Source of the DNA: Octopus vulgaris
Taxonomy: Eukaryota
Direction of reading: 5' to 3'
DNA length: 64,000 nucleotides
NCBI GenBank assembly: GCA_951406725.2
Contig: OX597824.1
Location: 93,558,001 to 93,622,000 of the forward strand
The notes beneath the pieces were generated by a model. It made no database searches, had not been told where the DNA came from, and saw nothing but the letters and a program-made list of their open reading frames with translations. Made by a program: the position numbers and the translations under genes. Positions 27,780 to 42,686 of this stretch are shown here, piece after piece; position 1 is the stretch's first letter, and the number at the start of each line of letters is the position of its first letter.

Positions 27780-28010
27780 GGCGGCGAGCTGGCAGAATCG
27801 GTAGCACGCCAGGCGAAATGCGTAGCCGTATTTCGTCAGCCGTTACGTTCTGAGTTCAAATTCCGCCGGGGTCGATTTTGGCTTTCATCCTTTCGGGGTC
27901 GATAAATAAAGTACCAGTTTCGCACTGGGGTCGATGTAATCGACTTAATCCCTTTGTCTGTCATTGTTTGTCCCCTCTATGTTTAGCCCCTTGTGGGCAG
28001 TAAAGAAATA
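27780..28010 (+). mobile_element. SINE family C, monomer, well preserved
   Basis: GGCGGCGAGCTGGCAGAATCGGTAGCACGCC...GTGGGCAGTAAAGAAATA. Confidence 0.9.
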
Positions 28011-28059
28011 TATATATATATATATATATATATATCATATAATATAATTCAGGGTAGTA

Positions 28060-28235
28060 AGGTGGCTAGCTGGTACACATGTTAGTACGCCGGGCGAAGT
28101 GTCTAGCGCTATTTCGTCTCTCTTGACGGTTCGAGTTCAAATTCCGCCGAGGTCGACTATGCCTTTCTTCCTTTCGGGTCGATAAATTGAATACCAGTTA
28201 CGCACTTGGGTCGCCCCAATCAACTGGCCACCTCC
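28060..28235 (+). mobile_element. SINE family C
   Basis: GAGTTCAAATTCCGCCGAGGTCGAC...CCTTTCGGGTCGATAAATT. Confidence 0.8.
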
Positions 28236-28602
28236 CCAGTTCCCTTAATTATTATATATCTATAGTAATTATTGGTTTTTTTCCATGCTGGCCATTTCAT
28301 ATGATAAATAATTTTCTGATCCTCTTCATATATATATATATATATATATATACAGAGTGAGAGCGAGATAGATGGGTAGATAGGTTTACATATGACATGT
28401 AAGTATGCGGTTTGAAATAATGTTGATAAAATCTCCTGTATTGCAACACATTTTATTGTAATTTGGGGGGGCGGATGGTCACCGTGCCAATTATAATCAC
28501 ACGCACAAACACACACAAATATATACCTGTCAACTACCACCACAATCACACTACCAGCATCTGACTTGAAGCGGAAACGAAATGTAAATCTTATAAATGT
28601 TA

Positions 28603-28709
28603 TGTCACCTGATGAGGCTTACTGCATTATTCGATGAATCTAACGTCAATACATATTCTACACCCACTAGGGAACAGTGCAAAAGGAAGCCGAAACGATC
28701 GTTGTGTCA
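28603..28709 (+). ncRNA. Type-I hammerhead ribozyme motif with long stem II extension
   Basis: UGUCAC-CUGAUGA-GGCUU...(66 nt)...AAGCC-GAAACGAUCGU-U-GUGUCA; palindromic ACGAUCGU stem III; stem I has one U-U mismatch. Confidence 0.7.
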
Positions 28710-29535
28710 AATAAAGCTTCTAGTTATGCTCCGTCTTCCATATCATACATACATACAGAAACGGGGGTTGGACAAAAACATCGCTTTTGGTAGAAGCTAC
28801 AAATATTATCCAATAGCAGTTTGACCCGGCAACTTGCAAATTAAAGTTTCATAATTTCGTTGAACGAACCTAAATCGGCAGACACTATAGGAAGAGAGTA
28901 GCAGGTTGTTTGACAAATTCAAGATGGCTTCTAGATGTTAGGCCTCTATTAATCAACTCAGGTCATGGGTTGTTATTGATCTGGAAGCGACGTCAGTTCT
29001 TTTTCTTTAATCTTAAGCCCACGTGCTCCAACAAGGATTTTGGAAAATTAGCTATCACTGCTATGTATGGAAACTTCGGTATGGTATACCTAGCGATATC
29101 TTTTTCATGAGACGACAGTGCGCTCCCTTGTTTTTTAAGATTTTAGCGACAGTATTCCATAAGCGCAACCAGATTTGGTGGTGCTGGATTATCTACCTAT
29201 TTATCTATATATCTATCTATTGATCTCTCTCTATATATAGATATAGGTCAGAGAAATAGATGGAGCTGCCTCATCTTCAGAAGAAAAAATTGTCTCTAAT
29301 TTAATGGGATATTAATTCCAGTTGATAACTTGACGTCATATCCTGCGCACGCCGTGAGTCGGTGGCGTTGCCGTTGGGGATTGGTGTACTTTCCCTCGAA
29401 CCGACAAGAAATTCAATATAAGTCATCACTTTTGTTTTTTGCTGTGGTTGTTATTGTCGTTGTTGTTTCATATGCCATTTTATATCTTTCATTTACAAAT
29501 TCCTCGGCTAGTCTGTAAATACATACATATATATT

Positions 29536-29618
<83 letters not shown>

Positions 29619-30164
29619 GTATATATGTGTGCATGTGTATTTGGGCAGGTGTTAGTATGTAGAAATGGATGAAAGAACATGTGTGTGTGAAAGTGTTTGT
29701 ATGTGTGTGTGTGTGTGTTTTTACGCTTTCTCAGTGACATATCTTCACTGTATCTGGAATAGAATCACTTGGTCACTCCAGGGTCATGTTTTATCTTTCA
29801 TTCGGTGCTACATCTCTAAAGCTACGAGACGTTAGAGATTAGACCATGGACACCATATTTTAGCCGACAGCTCCACCGTTGACGTCCAGACATTTTCCAG
29901 AGATTTATTGAGATATTTTATGGAAAAAATATACATGGTAAAGTGAACTAATATGCAACTTCACCGAGAAGAAAAGTTTAAAAAGAATTATCAGATTGCA
30001 TCCGCTAAGAAACCATGCAAAACGATAGACTCCCGCTGGTATGATTGCTCTTTTTTTACTCTAAAATATATTGAAAGGAATTTGAACATTAAACTGTTCA
30101 AGCGGATGTATATTTTTGCCAGTACACACACATACTCTCTCTCTCTCTCTCTCCCTCTCTCTTC

Positions 30165-30291
<127 letters not shown>

Positions 30292-30325
30292 TGTGTCTGT
30301 GTGTATGTATGTATATACCTGTTTG

Positions 30326-30590
30326 TCTCTTCTCGGGCCATGCCTGGCTCATAGGGCGGGTTTCTCGCTTTCCTTGGCGTATAGGTTCCCCGCCTGGACG
30401 GGACGGCGGTCCGTCGCTGGTGAGCTGCAAGATGCAGGATGAAAGAGTGAGAGAAAGTTGTGGCGAAAGAGTCAGCTGTGGAGCTCAGGTGTTTCGCTCA
30501 TAAACACATACATCGCCCGGTCTGAGATTCGAACCCGCGATCCCTCGACCGCAAGTCAGTTGCTCTAATGACTAAGCCATGTGCCTCCAC
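30326..30590 (-). mobile_element. SINE family A-related copy, tail type 3
   Basis: Minus strand GTGGAGGCACATGGCTTAGTC...GGTTCGAATCTC, shared CAACTTTCTCTCACTCTTTC, then a distinct GC-rich tail. Confidence 0.75.
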
Positions 30591-30629
30591 ATGTATATAC
30601 ATACATATACATATTTACATCATAATAGA

Positions 30630-30929
30630 CTCTCCGGTCGTTGCACGACGTTTGAGGGTTCAAACATTTCTTGCCAAACAATCACATAGATGATTTGCTT
30701 ATAGTGATCAAATGTGTGTGTACTCACTTTCCCCCCCCCCATCCATCAGATCGACATTACCTGTATAGGTGCATCATGTGTCACATGTCAGATGACAAAA
30801 TGATCGCAGAGCAACATGAAATGAAGCGCGTCCCTCACGAACATAGCGCAACGCCAGGTTTGGGAATCGAACCCATGATCTTGCAATCGTGCGTGCAACA
30901 TCCTAACCACTAAGCCATGCGCCTTCACA
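30630..30929 (-). mobile_element. tRNA-derived SINE with an A-like head and a different body
   Basis: Minus strand GAAGGCGCATGGCTTAGTGGTTAGG...GGTTCGATTCCC; 3' boundary approximate. Confidence 0.6.
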
Positions 30930-30931
30930 CA

Positions 30932-31024
<93 letters not shown>

Positions 31025-31089
31025 ATCGGTATATTTTCCCTCGAACCGACAAGTATTTCAACAAAAGTCATCAGTTTTGTTGATATATG

Positions 31090-31128
<39 letters not shown>

Positions 31129-31266
31129 GCACATATAGATATATGGATGAATAATTCGGAGCTCTGTGTCTACAGACTTTAAGTTCAAATCTATTTGATC
31201 ACTACGACGTGTTTTTTATACTAGGAATATCTAGCTCACACCTATTATGTGCATGTGTGTGTGTGT

Positions 31267-31312
<46 letters not shown>

Positions 31313-32689
31313 ATGTTGTTATATTTCAGGATGGTCATTTTCTTTGTCAAATAAACAGACGCACTGTATATTTGTTATTCACTTCAAATTGATTATTGTT
31401 CTTAATTTAGTATTCCTTGTCTGGAAATCTTTGGTTTCACGTCCTGTGACCTTTTCAGTCACTCTCCAATCCACGTGTCCCCTGCTATCCCATATATATA
31501 TATATATATAAATGGAGTTTAACGCAGGTGTAATTCAAATACTTTTACTTCCGACACATGTTTCGAAGATATCACTGATATTATTCTTTCCTTGGACAAT
31601 TTTTTGCTACCCTGGTAACTATTTATCTATTTTTTCCGTGTTAATTGTTAACAAGGGAAAATACACACATCTATTTATATATTTGTATATATATATACAC
31701 CGTAAACAGAGAAATAGACTGTTAGAAACAGAAGACTACAAGGGAGAAAGGATGAATGATGCAGTTATAAATGAAGGTTTACAGACTTTAAAATAAAGCA
31801 CAATGCATTATGCACATATACACACGTTTGTGGCCGCGTTTGGATATGTAACTATGTTGTAAATAATTCTTGTAGTGGCAAAACCTTCATGTTTATTTTT
31901 TGTATTTATTTTTGAAACAGTATTAACTTAACTATCATACAAATCTGTATTACAAATAACATTAATTATATAGACAATCTCCTAATTAATCATGTAAATA
32001 GCATATAAGGAAAGCATAATTCTCCAACAACGGAACACTCAAAATTGAAAATCAAGAACGCTAAGAATATTTTTATAGATTAAGGAAAACCATTTTTAAC
32101 CATTTTCGCGTTTATATTTTAGGGTGATTTTTTTTAGCTTTATTTTAAAATAGTTTCATTTGTAGTAGCTTTTTTTTTATTAAGCTTTCTTTTGTTTTCT
32201 TTTGTTGTTTTGTTTTTTTTGTTTGTCAAATGGAGCCGGAATATTTAGACTTAATGTTCTACTTAGGCAACATGGCGCCGAATATTTTACATTCATTAAT
32301 GTTCGAGATTATTCCTCACCTTTGCCACTGGTTTTCTGAATAATGTTAATGGGTATGAAGACGATTGCAGATATGTGTATGTGAATAGCTATATACGCAT
32401 CTATTCATACATAGAAACATAGATACCTATATACATACACATACACACACATACATATATATGTACGTATTTTATGTACGGAGAGACAGAGAGAAACAGA
32501 GAGTGTGTATGTGAGATAGAGAAAGAGACAAAGAGGGAGTCAAAGATTGATGGCTAGATACAAATATATATAGATGTATCTGCGGATATATATACATTTA
32601 TGCATGTATATATATGATAATAGCATTAATAATAATAATAATAATAAAAATTATTACGAAGTAGCTTAGCATTATATTTATATACATAT

Positions 32690-32732
<43 letters not shown>

Positions 32733-32799
32733 TACATCAATATGAGGATATACATGTGATCATATATATGCCTAGATAGATACGTAAACATTTGAGCGC

Positions 32800-32843
<44 letters not shown>

Positions 32844-32850
32844 TCGTGTA

Positions 32851-32884
<34 letters not shown>

Positions 32885-33625
32885 ATGCATGTTTATATAT
32901 TTATTTGCAGTTAAGTATGAACATGTTTTTAGGTGTCTTTATGTATGTAAGTTTATGTGTTTCTATAGTAATCTGGTTTTGTGTATATGTTTTTGTACCT
33001 TTTATCATAATTATTATCGTTACTGGTAGCAGGAGTATGAGTAGCGCCACTAAGTTTTAAGGCCTGTTTGTATCTAGACTGGTTGTGAGTTTACGCGGTT
33101 TTAATGTTCATCGTGAACTTCTATAGTAGATACGTAATTCAAAATAGAGAATCGGGCCTGAATGCCAATATCTGTCTGCCTCGTCAGCAAAAAATCTAAG
33201 GAATTAAATAGGTTAAACTAAAAGTTGTTACAAGGAGGATAGAAGATCTGACGTTTCGGACTCAATTCGTTTATCAATAATAACATCAGAAAATTCATTG
33301 TACTGCTGATGAATTATATTTTGTAGAATTAATTAACTGCGAAATAGCGGTGGTGTTACAGCGACAGCCAGCGGGGTGGAGGGATGTGCAGCTTGTTGTG
33401 AGTCTCAGGTATTTGAGTTCAAACTGTCGGACAGGCAGACAAATGTTGGTCTACCTCGGAGATATTACAGCGGCAGGGGCAATTCAATGTGCAGTCCGAT
33501 ATGACTTTTTACTCACCGGGTTCAAACTACACTGAAACCAATTTTTCATTTAATTTGTCGCTGTCATAGAACTTTTCTTTATCTTACCTCATTGTCATTT
33601 GTTTAAAACTTTCTGTGTATCTCTC

Positions 33626-33658
<33 letters not shown>

Positions 33659-34410
33659 CTCTCTTTCACTTCCTTTTCCACCCAATCTTTAATACTGGCT
33701 ACGGTCGACACCAAGTTGTCTCATAAGGCAACAGGAATCCACATATGGAGTCTTCTATAATTTCTCCCCAATGAGAATTCTGTGAATGTCATGTAATAGC
33801 AAGAATTCGATTATTAATCTGATGGCAAACGGGAAGAAATATTTGGCGCTAATATTTGCCCTTTATATTACTTCTTTCATTCATTGGTGTGTGGTCCATG
33901 TTGGGGCCCCGTCTTAAATAGTTTAGTTGATGAAACAACCCCAGTCCTCGTTTTCAATTCAGCTACGTATTCTAACGGTATTTTGTGTTGAACCACTACG
34001 TTACAGAAACATAAACGAACAAACTCCGGTTCTCAAGTGGTGCAGGGAGCCAAAGAATCGTAAAGATACACACAGTAAACGATAGATGCCTCAGGTGTCG
34101 CAGAGCGGAATCGAACGCAAAACTACGAGGCTGCAAAGCAAGCCATGCCTGCGCAAGATTAAATTTGGATTTTATATGGAAACGATTGATTGCAAAGTAG
34201 TTTAATAGTCTTGAGAGTCAAGACTATTGAAAAGGCTGCAAGACGCAAAGAAAATTTTAGGACAACAAAAATAAGAAATAAGTGGAAATTTTACCGGCGA
34301 GTGTGTTACATTATAAGGCACAAAAAGAAAATGACTCTCCCCAGACACAACAGAAAATGCTTCAACACACGAACTCATATAAAGAATCATGCAAACTAAA
34401 TCCCAAAACG

Positions 34411-34441
<31 letters not shown>

Positions 34442-35696
34442 CTATTCATAGAAAAATATCGTGTACATTTAAACACATAAGCGATGACCATAATAGGACA
34501 TCTGACTCACTAGAAAAAGCAGTTAACCTCCAAACCACTAATAGTTGTAATTCTGAAAGGGAAAGAGAAATAAAAACTTTTACCCAATATATATATATAT
34601 AAATTGCATATACGTGTATGTATATATGATAGACAAAAGAGAGGGAATGACAGTGGGGAAGAAAGATGGGACGGGAGGGAAGTGAAGAGCGAATATGAGA
34701 GGGGAAGGAGAGAAGGATAAAAGAAAGAGAAATTGAGAAGGAAAAGTCTCTCATAAAAAGGGATAAATAAATTCGAAATAATTTGGAAAAAGAGGAAAAT
34801 GCGTCTCTTATCTTATTCTTTCTGCGGGCAGATCTCTAAACTATACGAATGTATGTCGTCTCAGAAAGACCGAGCGATATGTGTACTTTTGTACGTATTT
34901 TAACGTTTTTCTTTTCGTTCTGAATCGATTAATATTTTTTCATCTCAAATAACTCGTAAGGTGTTGATTATGATTTTTTTAAAAGTAATTCCACGAATGC
35001 TCTCACAACACAGACTACACGGTAAAATACATAACACCTAGTTCAATATTCGAACTATAAATATGGGATTTAATCAAATTCTGTCGTTTTTCTATATAAC
35101 AGAATTTTAAAGTAGATACGATGGATCATGCATAAGGTTTTATCATATTCTTTGTCTTACTTTTTAAACCATTGCAAATGAAATTTGATCGGATTTCATG
35201 TTTTCCTTTCATATTTTCTTTTATATATTTCAATGTCCGCTGATTCTTGACCTCCGGTGTTTAAATTCTATCGCTGACGCTTCGGAAGAACTTTCAAAAA
35301 TATTTTATTTGAAATAAGTTTCATCAAAGAAGTGCTTATATTTCTCGAAATGTCCTTTTACTTCCTATCATGTTTTTGCTGAAATGTGTCAAACCAGACA
35401 TCCTTTTAACTGGAACTTCCTGTCAGTTTCGACAGCAAATCTGTGTTAAATCTGTACAATTTGTAGTTTACAGGTCACGTATATAGACCAGTGGTTTGAT
35501 AGAATCGGTGGAGTTTCGGGAAGATATTCTGTGACATTTAGATACATCCCTTCCGATGGTCACTTTATAACTGCCCGATGTTAATATAGTCCTTCGTTCA
35601 TTTGAGGTCAATAGAAGTGTACCAGATTTTCGTACTGGGGTCGAGGTAATCGATTATCTCCCTTCCATTAAAATAGCTAGCGTTCTAGCATTCTAT

Positions 35697-35859
35697 AGGC
35701 GTTGAAGTAGCTGTGTGGTAAGGAGCTTACTAACGAACCACATGGTTCCGGGTTCAGTCCCACTGCGTGGCACCTTGGGCAAGTGTCTTCTACTATGGCC
35801 TCGGGCCGACCAAAGCCTTGTGAGTGTATTTGGTAGACGGAAACTGAAAGAAGCCCGTC

Positions 35860-35940
<81 letters not shown>

Positions 35941-36070
35941 TGTCTGTTTGTCTGTTTGTGGTTGCCCCACCACCACCACCACCACCAACATCGCTTGACC
36001 AACCGATGCTGGTGTGTTTACGTTCCCATAGCCAAATGACTGAAACAAGTAAAAGAGTAAAGGAGTAAGA
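35697..36070 (+). mobile_element. SINE family B with internal deletion
   Basis: Head, CACCTTGGGCAAGTGTCTTC, internal (TA)n(TG)n, tail AAATGACTGAAACAAGTAAAAGAGT. Confidence 0.9.
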
Positions 36071-37018
36071 GTATACTACTATCCAGTTCCATTTTGAAAG
36101 CGAACCATTCTCAGAAGATGAATTTGAACAGAAGATAATAACTTGTTAAGATTGTTTCTACGGATTTTTCTAGCCAGCCCTTATTCTTGCTACTTCGTTT
36201 CTATCAGTACAGGCCAAAATTTCAGGAGAACATCTGTAGAGATGACCTTAACAAGTGATTTAATAGTACTGCTAACACAGTAGAACACAGCATTGAAATA
36301 TTAAAAGCGTGTAATATACTTTGAAGTTTATTATGGTTTTCATTACGAAATCCGGTATCCCTACAGGCCGTGAGGAAGATACTAAATACGCACATTCATT
36401 ATAAAATTGTTAATAAATGGTTTTGCAGCATGTTAGAAATATCTAAAAGAAACGATGCCTCTGCAAATTGGAAGTTTTCCTACGCTGAACGCCATCTGAT
36501 AATTCAACAAGATATCACAGGAACACAGCATGAGAAAGGACGGAAAAACAGAAGCCGAGGTTGTGTGACCTTTGTTAGATAAAGCTTCTCATCCATGTGG
36601 GTGGGGTATTACTTTTATTAAATACGTAAGCCTAATTATTCCGCTTCTTAAATATTTCTGTTAATGATTCTATGTAATTAATCTATGTGTGCGTGTGTGT
36701 TTGTGTCTGCGTGAGACTGTGTGAATGTGTGTGTACGAAATAAACAAATAGACTTATCAATTTTTAGCAGTTCTCTGTAAACTGAAAAGATAAAGAACAA
36801 CCTTAACAGGTTTTCGAGAATTATTGCGGTCTCATCAGTGTTGTCATCAATACTTGACCCAACCTCTAGAAACAAGTCACTGCTTTGTATAGTCTTTAAA
36901 TATAGCAGCTTCAGAGAGATGAAAGATTTATAACGTTTTGTTGTTTTATTTTTGGCACATATATATTCTACAAACAACAACAAAACATCGACCACCATCA
37001 AAAGAAGCAGCAACAACA

Positions 37019-37390
37019 GTGGAGGCACAATGGCCCAGTGGACTCACGGACGGAGGCTCGCGGTTTCGATTCCCAGACCGGGTGTTGTGTGTGTTTATTG
37101 AGCGAAAACACCTGAAGCTCCACGAGGCTCTGGCAGGGGGTGGTGGCGACCCCTGTTGTACTCTTTCGCCCCAACTTTCTCTCACTCTTTCTTCCTGTTT
37201 CTTGTCCCCGAATTCCTACGCAGCCGCTGAGCCTAGATGCGCATTCATCCATCCGTCGATGCTCTCGATGTCGGGGGGGGGGGGGGTGATCTGCTTTCTC
37301 TTCTGCGCGGGTCTTACAAATAGCAAAGGACCACGTTTCGGACTTCTCCCACCAGGGACGAAAACCGCTTCGCTCAACAGACAAAGAAAC
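37019..37390 (+). mobile_element. SINE family A, tail type 4
   Basis: Family A head and body up to CTCACTCTTTCTTCCTGTTTCT, then an unrelated tail. Confidence 0.8.
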
Positions 37391-38001
37391 AGCAACAACA
37401 AGGCAAACAACAATGGCGACAACGACGAGACGACGATGATGACGTCAGCAGGAATATTAGGTCAACAATACCAACAGAAATAATTGCAAAACAAATTGTA
37501 CCTAATACGGATTTTACGCTTCAGAATAATAAAGCTGAATTATGATTTCCACACGGGAATACAGTATCAAGTATGGCAGAAATTATACATTCATTCATAT
37601 GTTCATTTTTCGTTAATTAGACCCTCAAGAAGGATTCACCTAAGCAATATAGAAATAAATAGTTCGCAAGAAAAATGGTACGAAATAATTGCTTGAAAAT
37701 GCATATATTTCGTTGCCTCCACCTTCAGGTGAACCCAATAAACTAGCAGAGTTTAGTAGGAAATTAGTGGAAAATTTAAGCTACTCCCACAGGAAATAAT
37801 AACGATAGCAAAGAATGCATGACTACCACTACTACTTCTACTACTACTACTGCTGCAGCAACAAAATACGCAGCCTCTAAAGCAAGACGGAGTAATTTGC
37901 GCGTTATGTGAAATTTGCAGCTTTGTAAATATGATTATATATACATGTATACATACGTCTACACACACATACATACAAACACACACACTAACACACTCAC
38001 G

Positions 38002-38051
<50 letters not shown>

Positions 38052-38236
38052 TATGTATATACCTATGTGTATATGCATATGTAAAATTGGTTCTTGGATG
38101 TCGAGTGCAAAAAAAGGTAAAACTTGTGCATTCGCTTCATCAGCGAGGAATAACCTGACAGGAATATTTGTTGAATACGGATATGTTTGTGGGTGTTTTT
38201 AAATGTGGCTCTCTATATATGCGTGATTGTGTGTGT

Positions 38237-38285
<49 letters not shown>

Positions 38286-38305
38286 TACGCGTGTTTGTCT
38301 ACATA

Positions 38306-38362
<57 letters not shown>

Positions 38363-38365
<3 letters not shown>

Positions 38366-38522
38366 CGCAGGCGTGGCTGTGTCGTAAAAAGCTTGCTTTC
38401 CAACCACATATTTCCACGTTCAGTCCCACTGCTTGGCACCTTCCGCAACTATCATTTACTATAGCCTCGGACCGACCAAAGCTTTTTGAGTGGATTTCCT
38501 ACCACAGAGCCACTCCTGTACG
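38363..38522 (+). mobile_element. SINE family B 5' part ending in an inverted copy of its own head
   Basis: Starts GGCGCAGGCGTGGCTGTGTCGTA and ends TACCACAGAGCCACTCCTGTACG. Confidence 0.75.
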
Positions 38523-40298
38523 TATATATATATATAATAAAGGAATCGTGATTTGAAAACTGTGCTTTCATGAGCTCCAGTTTAATCGAGGTTCGTATAA
38601 CTACACCGAAATACGAAACAATGGTACATTGCTTGTGGTAACCAAGTCTCCTCGAGTAAATCTGATTGGATACGCATACCCCCGATGAATTATAATGAGG
38701 ATGCAACTAGTAACCACATTTTAGGATACCTATGCGGTAGAAACACGTGTTGGACAGACATTTAAAATGAATAGATTGGTTATAATACTGTAATAAATAA
38801 GCTTCTGAGGGTCTATAATACTCCTTACTTATTTTCAATGTATTGTGTGCGTGTGTATACATATATACATTTATACATATATTTGTTTGTTTAAGTGTAT
38901 TTTGTTTTTTTAAAAAAGTTGTCCTGTACAGCTAGATAAACTAAAACAGGTATATAGTTGTAGATTTATGAATAGAATGTATATCTCATGAGGAAAATCA
39001 ATAAACTGGAAGGTTTATATAAATATCACATTAGATAGAACGTAACCCTTGGCATCAGGCGTGTTTAAAATCGTTTAGTTTGATCTGTTATATTCCAAGC
39101 TAAAATATACGACCGGCCATTCTAAAATGGCGCATATTTTTATATCTGCCACTGAATTTGACGGGAAATAGCGAGAGAGTCGTTGTTGGACGTTTTATAA
39201 CTTACTGCCATTAAAGTAAATATAATGGCCAGCGCAGTGTTGTTCTTATTTATCACGCTTCTTTCTATCTTTCCTTTTACTATCATTCACTTTTATGCTC
39301 TTTCTTTTCTGTCTTCTTTACTGGTATTATTTCGATCATCGTTCATTATGTACTTTCTGTAATAACTTCAGTATTTTCTCCATTTTCTCTATTCATTCTC
39401 TTCCTCGTCTTCGTTTATTCGTACTTTATTTGTTTGGGTCTGTTTTCCATGAATCTTTCTCTTTCACTCCTATAAACTGTCTGTCCTACTTTTATTTTCA
39501 TTCACTTTTCGTAACTAACTTTCTAACAATTTTGAAAATGGCGTCGGGAAATATAAAAGACAGGCATTACTCGTAGCAAAATAAAATAAACCAAACTCGA
39601 ATATAATAGAGGAATTTTTATATAAACAGATAAGACTCGAAGATGACCAGTTAGATAAAGTAACGAGATATTGCTGAACACGTCAGTGGCATGTAACTCT
39701 TAGCTAACCCTTTGCTTACTCACAAATATCTTATTAAATCTTGCAAACTTACTTCTTCTAGAATTTTATGGCCACCCATAAATAGGACTCGAGGTTTGAC
39801 GTTAAGACATATTCCAGTGGCAAGATAAATGCTATTACCTACATTGTGTGATAAGGTAAAAATGTCTATTTTTCCCCATTCAGGTTCAGCGACCCCTTGT
39901 ATGTATCCAGCAGGCATTTCCATTCAGTTCGACTGACGAAGCTTGCCGTGATCATAGCAGAAACTACATGACCAGGACGCTCTGTAATGAGATCATATAG
40001 GCGTGACTCGAAACAGTTATTCTTGAATATACAACATTTACTTGAAGCTTCAAGCTTGAAACTACCTCAGTATTGTCTTTTTTTATTGTTTAGCCCTTGG
40101 AATAAAGGAAATAGCTACCACGAACAGGACACCACAATGATGGTGAGAGCAATAATGTTCCTATTCAGATCCAAATTGTGAAGGTTGTTATGTACAGGAA
40201 ATGTGTGCAAAGAAAACAGATACCGGTGAATTCCATTTCTGATAGAATAACGCCAGACCTTAGTATAACTTTGTAGTTGTAGTTATTATTGTTGTTGC

Positions 40299-40393
40299 TC
40301 TTCTTCTTCTTCTTCTTCTTCTTCTTCTTCTTCTTCTTCTTCTTCTTCTTCTTCTTCTTCTTCTTCTTCTTCTTCTTCGTGTTCTTCTTCTTC
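40299..40393. repeat. (CTT)n microsatellite
   Basis: Direct reading. Confidence 0.95.
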
Positions 40394-40527
40394 TCTCTCT
40401 CTATATATATATACATATATATACATATGGAGATTAATAGAAATATATATATACAGGAAGAGAGACAGATAGACAGATAGATAGGTAGATAGATAAATAG
40501 ATAGATATGTATATCATCGTGTATTTG

Positions 40528-40558
<31 letters not shown>

Positions 40559-40744
40559 ACGCACACACATATATATGTATATATATGTATATATATATTT
40601 GTATGTATGTGTGTGTATGTGTGTGTCTGCAGATGTATATACACTGGTTGTTGAGAATATAGATCTAAATATAACTTTAATTCTGGTGAAGGAATTACAA
40701 CTCAGGGATATCTATAAATAGAAAGAGCTTTTAATATGTCTGTG

Positions 40745-41620
40745 AGTGTATGTATGTGTGTATGTATGTATGTATGCATGCATGTATGTATGTATGTATG
40801 TGTGTATGTATGTATGTATGTATGTATGTGTGTGTGTATGTATGTATGTGTGTATGTATGTATGTATGTGTGTATGTATGTATGTATGTATGTATGTATG
40901 TATGTATGTATGTATGTGTGTATGTATGTATGTATGTATGTATGTATGTATGTATGTATGTATGTGTGTATGTATGTGTGTATGTATGTATGTATGTATG
41001 TATGTATGTATGTATGTGTGTATGTATGTATGTATGTATGTATGTATGTATGTATGTGTGTATGTATGTATGTATGTATGTATGTATGTATGTATGTATG
41101 TATGTATGTATGTATGTATGTGTGTATGTATGTATGTATGTATGTATGTGTATGTATGTATGTATGTGTGTATGTATGTATGTATGTATGTATGTATGTA
41201 TGTATGTATGTATGTATGTATGTATGTATGTATGTATGTATGTATGTATGTATGTATGTATGTATGTATGTATGTGCGTGTGTGGGGGGTTGTGAAGGGA
41301 ATTGCATATGCGTGCATGCGCAGTTGTAGGTAGAAACTACTGTAATATATATGGTGATATGTCTGTACATGTGTATGTTGTATGTATGTATGTATGTATG
41401 TATGTATGTATGTATGTATGTATGTATGTATGTAGTAATGTATGTATGTGTGTATGTATGTATGTATGTATGTATGAATGTATGTATGTATGTATGTAGA
41501 TGTATGTATGTATGTATGTATGTATGTATGTATGTGCGTGTGTGGGGGTTGTGAAGGGAATTGCATATGCGTGCATGCGCAGTTGTAGGTAGAAACTACT
41601 GCAATAATATGGTGATATGC
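40745..41620. repeat. Long (TATG)n tract containing a duplicated ~85-bp unique segment
   Basis: GTTGTGAAGGGAATTGCATATGCGTGCATGCGCAGTTGTAGGTAGAAACTACTG at ~41288 and ~41548. Confidence 0.92.
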
Positions 41621-42257
41621 AACAAGAAGAACAAGAACAAGAACAAGAACAAGAACAAGAAGAAGAAGAACAACAACAACAACAAGACAATTGGAGAGAG
41701 ACAAGGATATCGCATAGCGATAATCACGTTTATGATAGAAGAAATAAAAGATAGAAATCACATCTTCGATCGATAATATAAAAGGAAAAAAAAATATAAA
41801 TATATAAAATCGAAGAAACAGACGATAAAATTTCTGTTAAAAATAGTTGAAATATTGTTTGAATTTTTAAATACTTTGTTCATTTTCCTGGAGACAGTAT
41901 TATCGTGTGCTTAAGCGACTAACTTCGCTATGTGCTTCTGTGAAGTGACGTGAATTAGCTATTAGCTATCCAATCGACGAAGACAGACTAAAGAGAAGAT
42001 ATTGAAAATATTTCGTCGAAGATACAGGTAAGAACATGCTAGAACAAAGCCGAATTAATTAGAAATCAATGTAAGGTTGATGGTTTATGAAGCTCACTCG
42101 AAGATTACATATTCCCTGTCTGCGAAATTTTTATGAAAGTACGATACGAGTATAATTTTCTACAGGAGGGTAGGATATCTGATAAGTAGGTCAGATTCAA
42201 TGAGCTACTAGTTTGTAGTCAATACTGAGTTGTGTAGAATAGAAACGCCAATAAGAG

Positions 42258-42400
<143 letters not shown>

Positions 42401-42545
42401 ACAGTTACACATTCTGAAATACAAAAGCACGAAAACATTGTTCTACGCACACATACACATATACATCTATATGTATGTATGAATGTATGTATGTATGTAT
42501 GTATCTATGTATCTATCTATATCTATATATCTTTCTATCTATCTA

Positions 42546-42587
<42 letters not shown>

Positions 42588-42616
42588 TACATATAGATGC
42601 ATAGATAGATAGACAT

Positions 42617-42686
<70 letters not shown>

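Noticed and set aside
28760-29190. Possible Tc1 remnant (GGGGTTGGACAAAA; minus-strand FQINNNP resembling FQQDNDP)
   Set aside because: Matches are too short and degenerate to support without a search
31550-31600. Minus-strand GAAACATGT hammerhead half (similar halves near 33250 and 56450)
   Set aside because: No CUGANGA core at a compatible position
39124-39546. YY1-like AAAATGGCG motifs
   Set aside because: Short motifs with no other promoter evidence
40702-41761. Long HTYI/MYVC-repeat ORFs
   Set aside because: Translations of (TATG)n; the embedded duplication may also be an assembly artefact
41890-42035. Possible promoter or first exon (TGACGTGA, CCAAT, CAG/GTAAGA donor)
   Set aside because: Short motifs expected by chance; no ORF or transcript evidence
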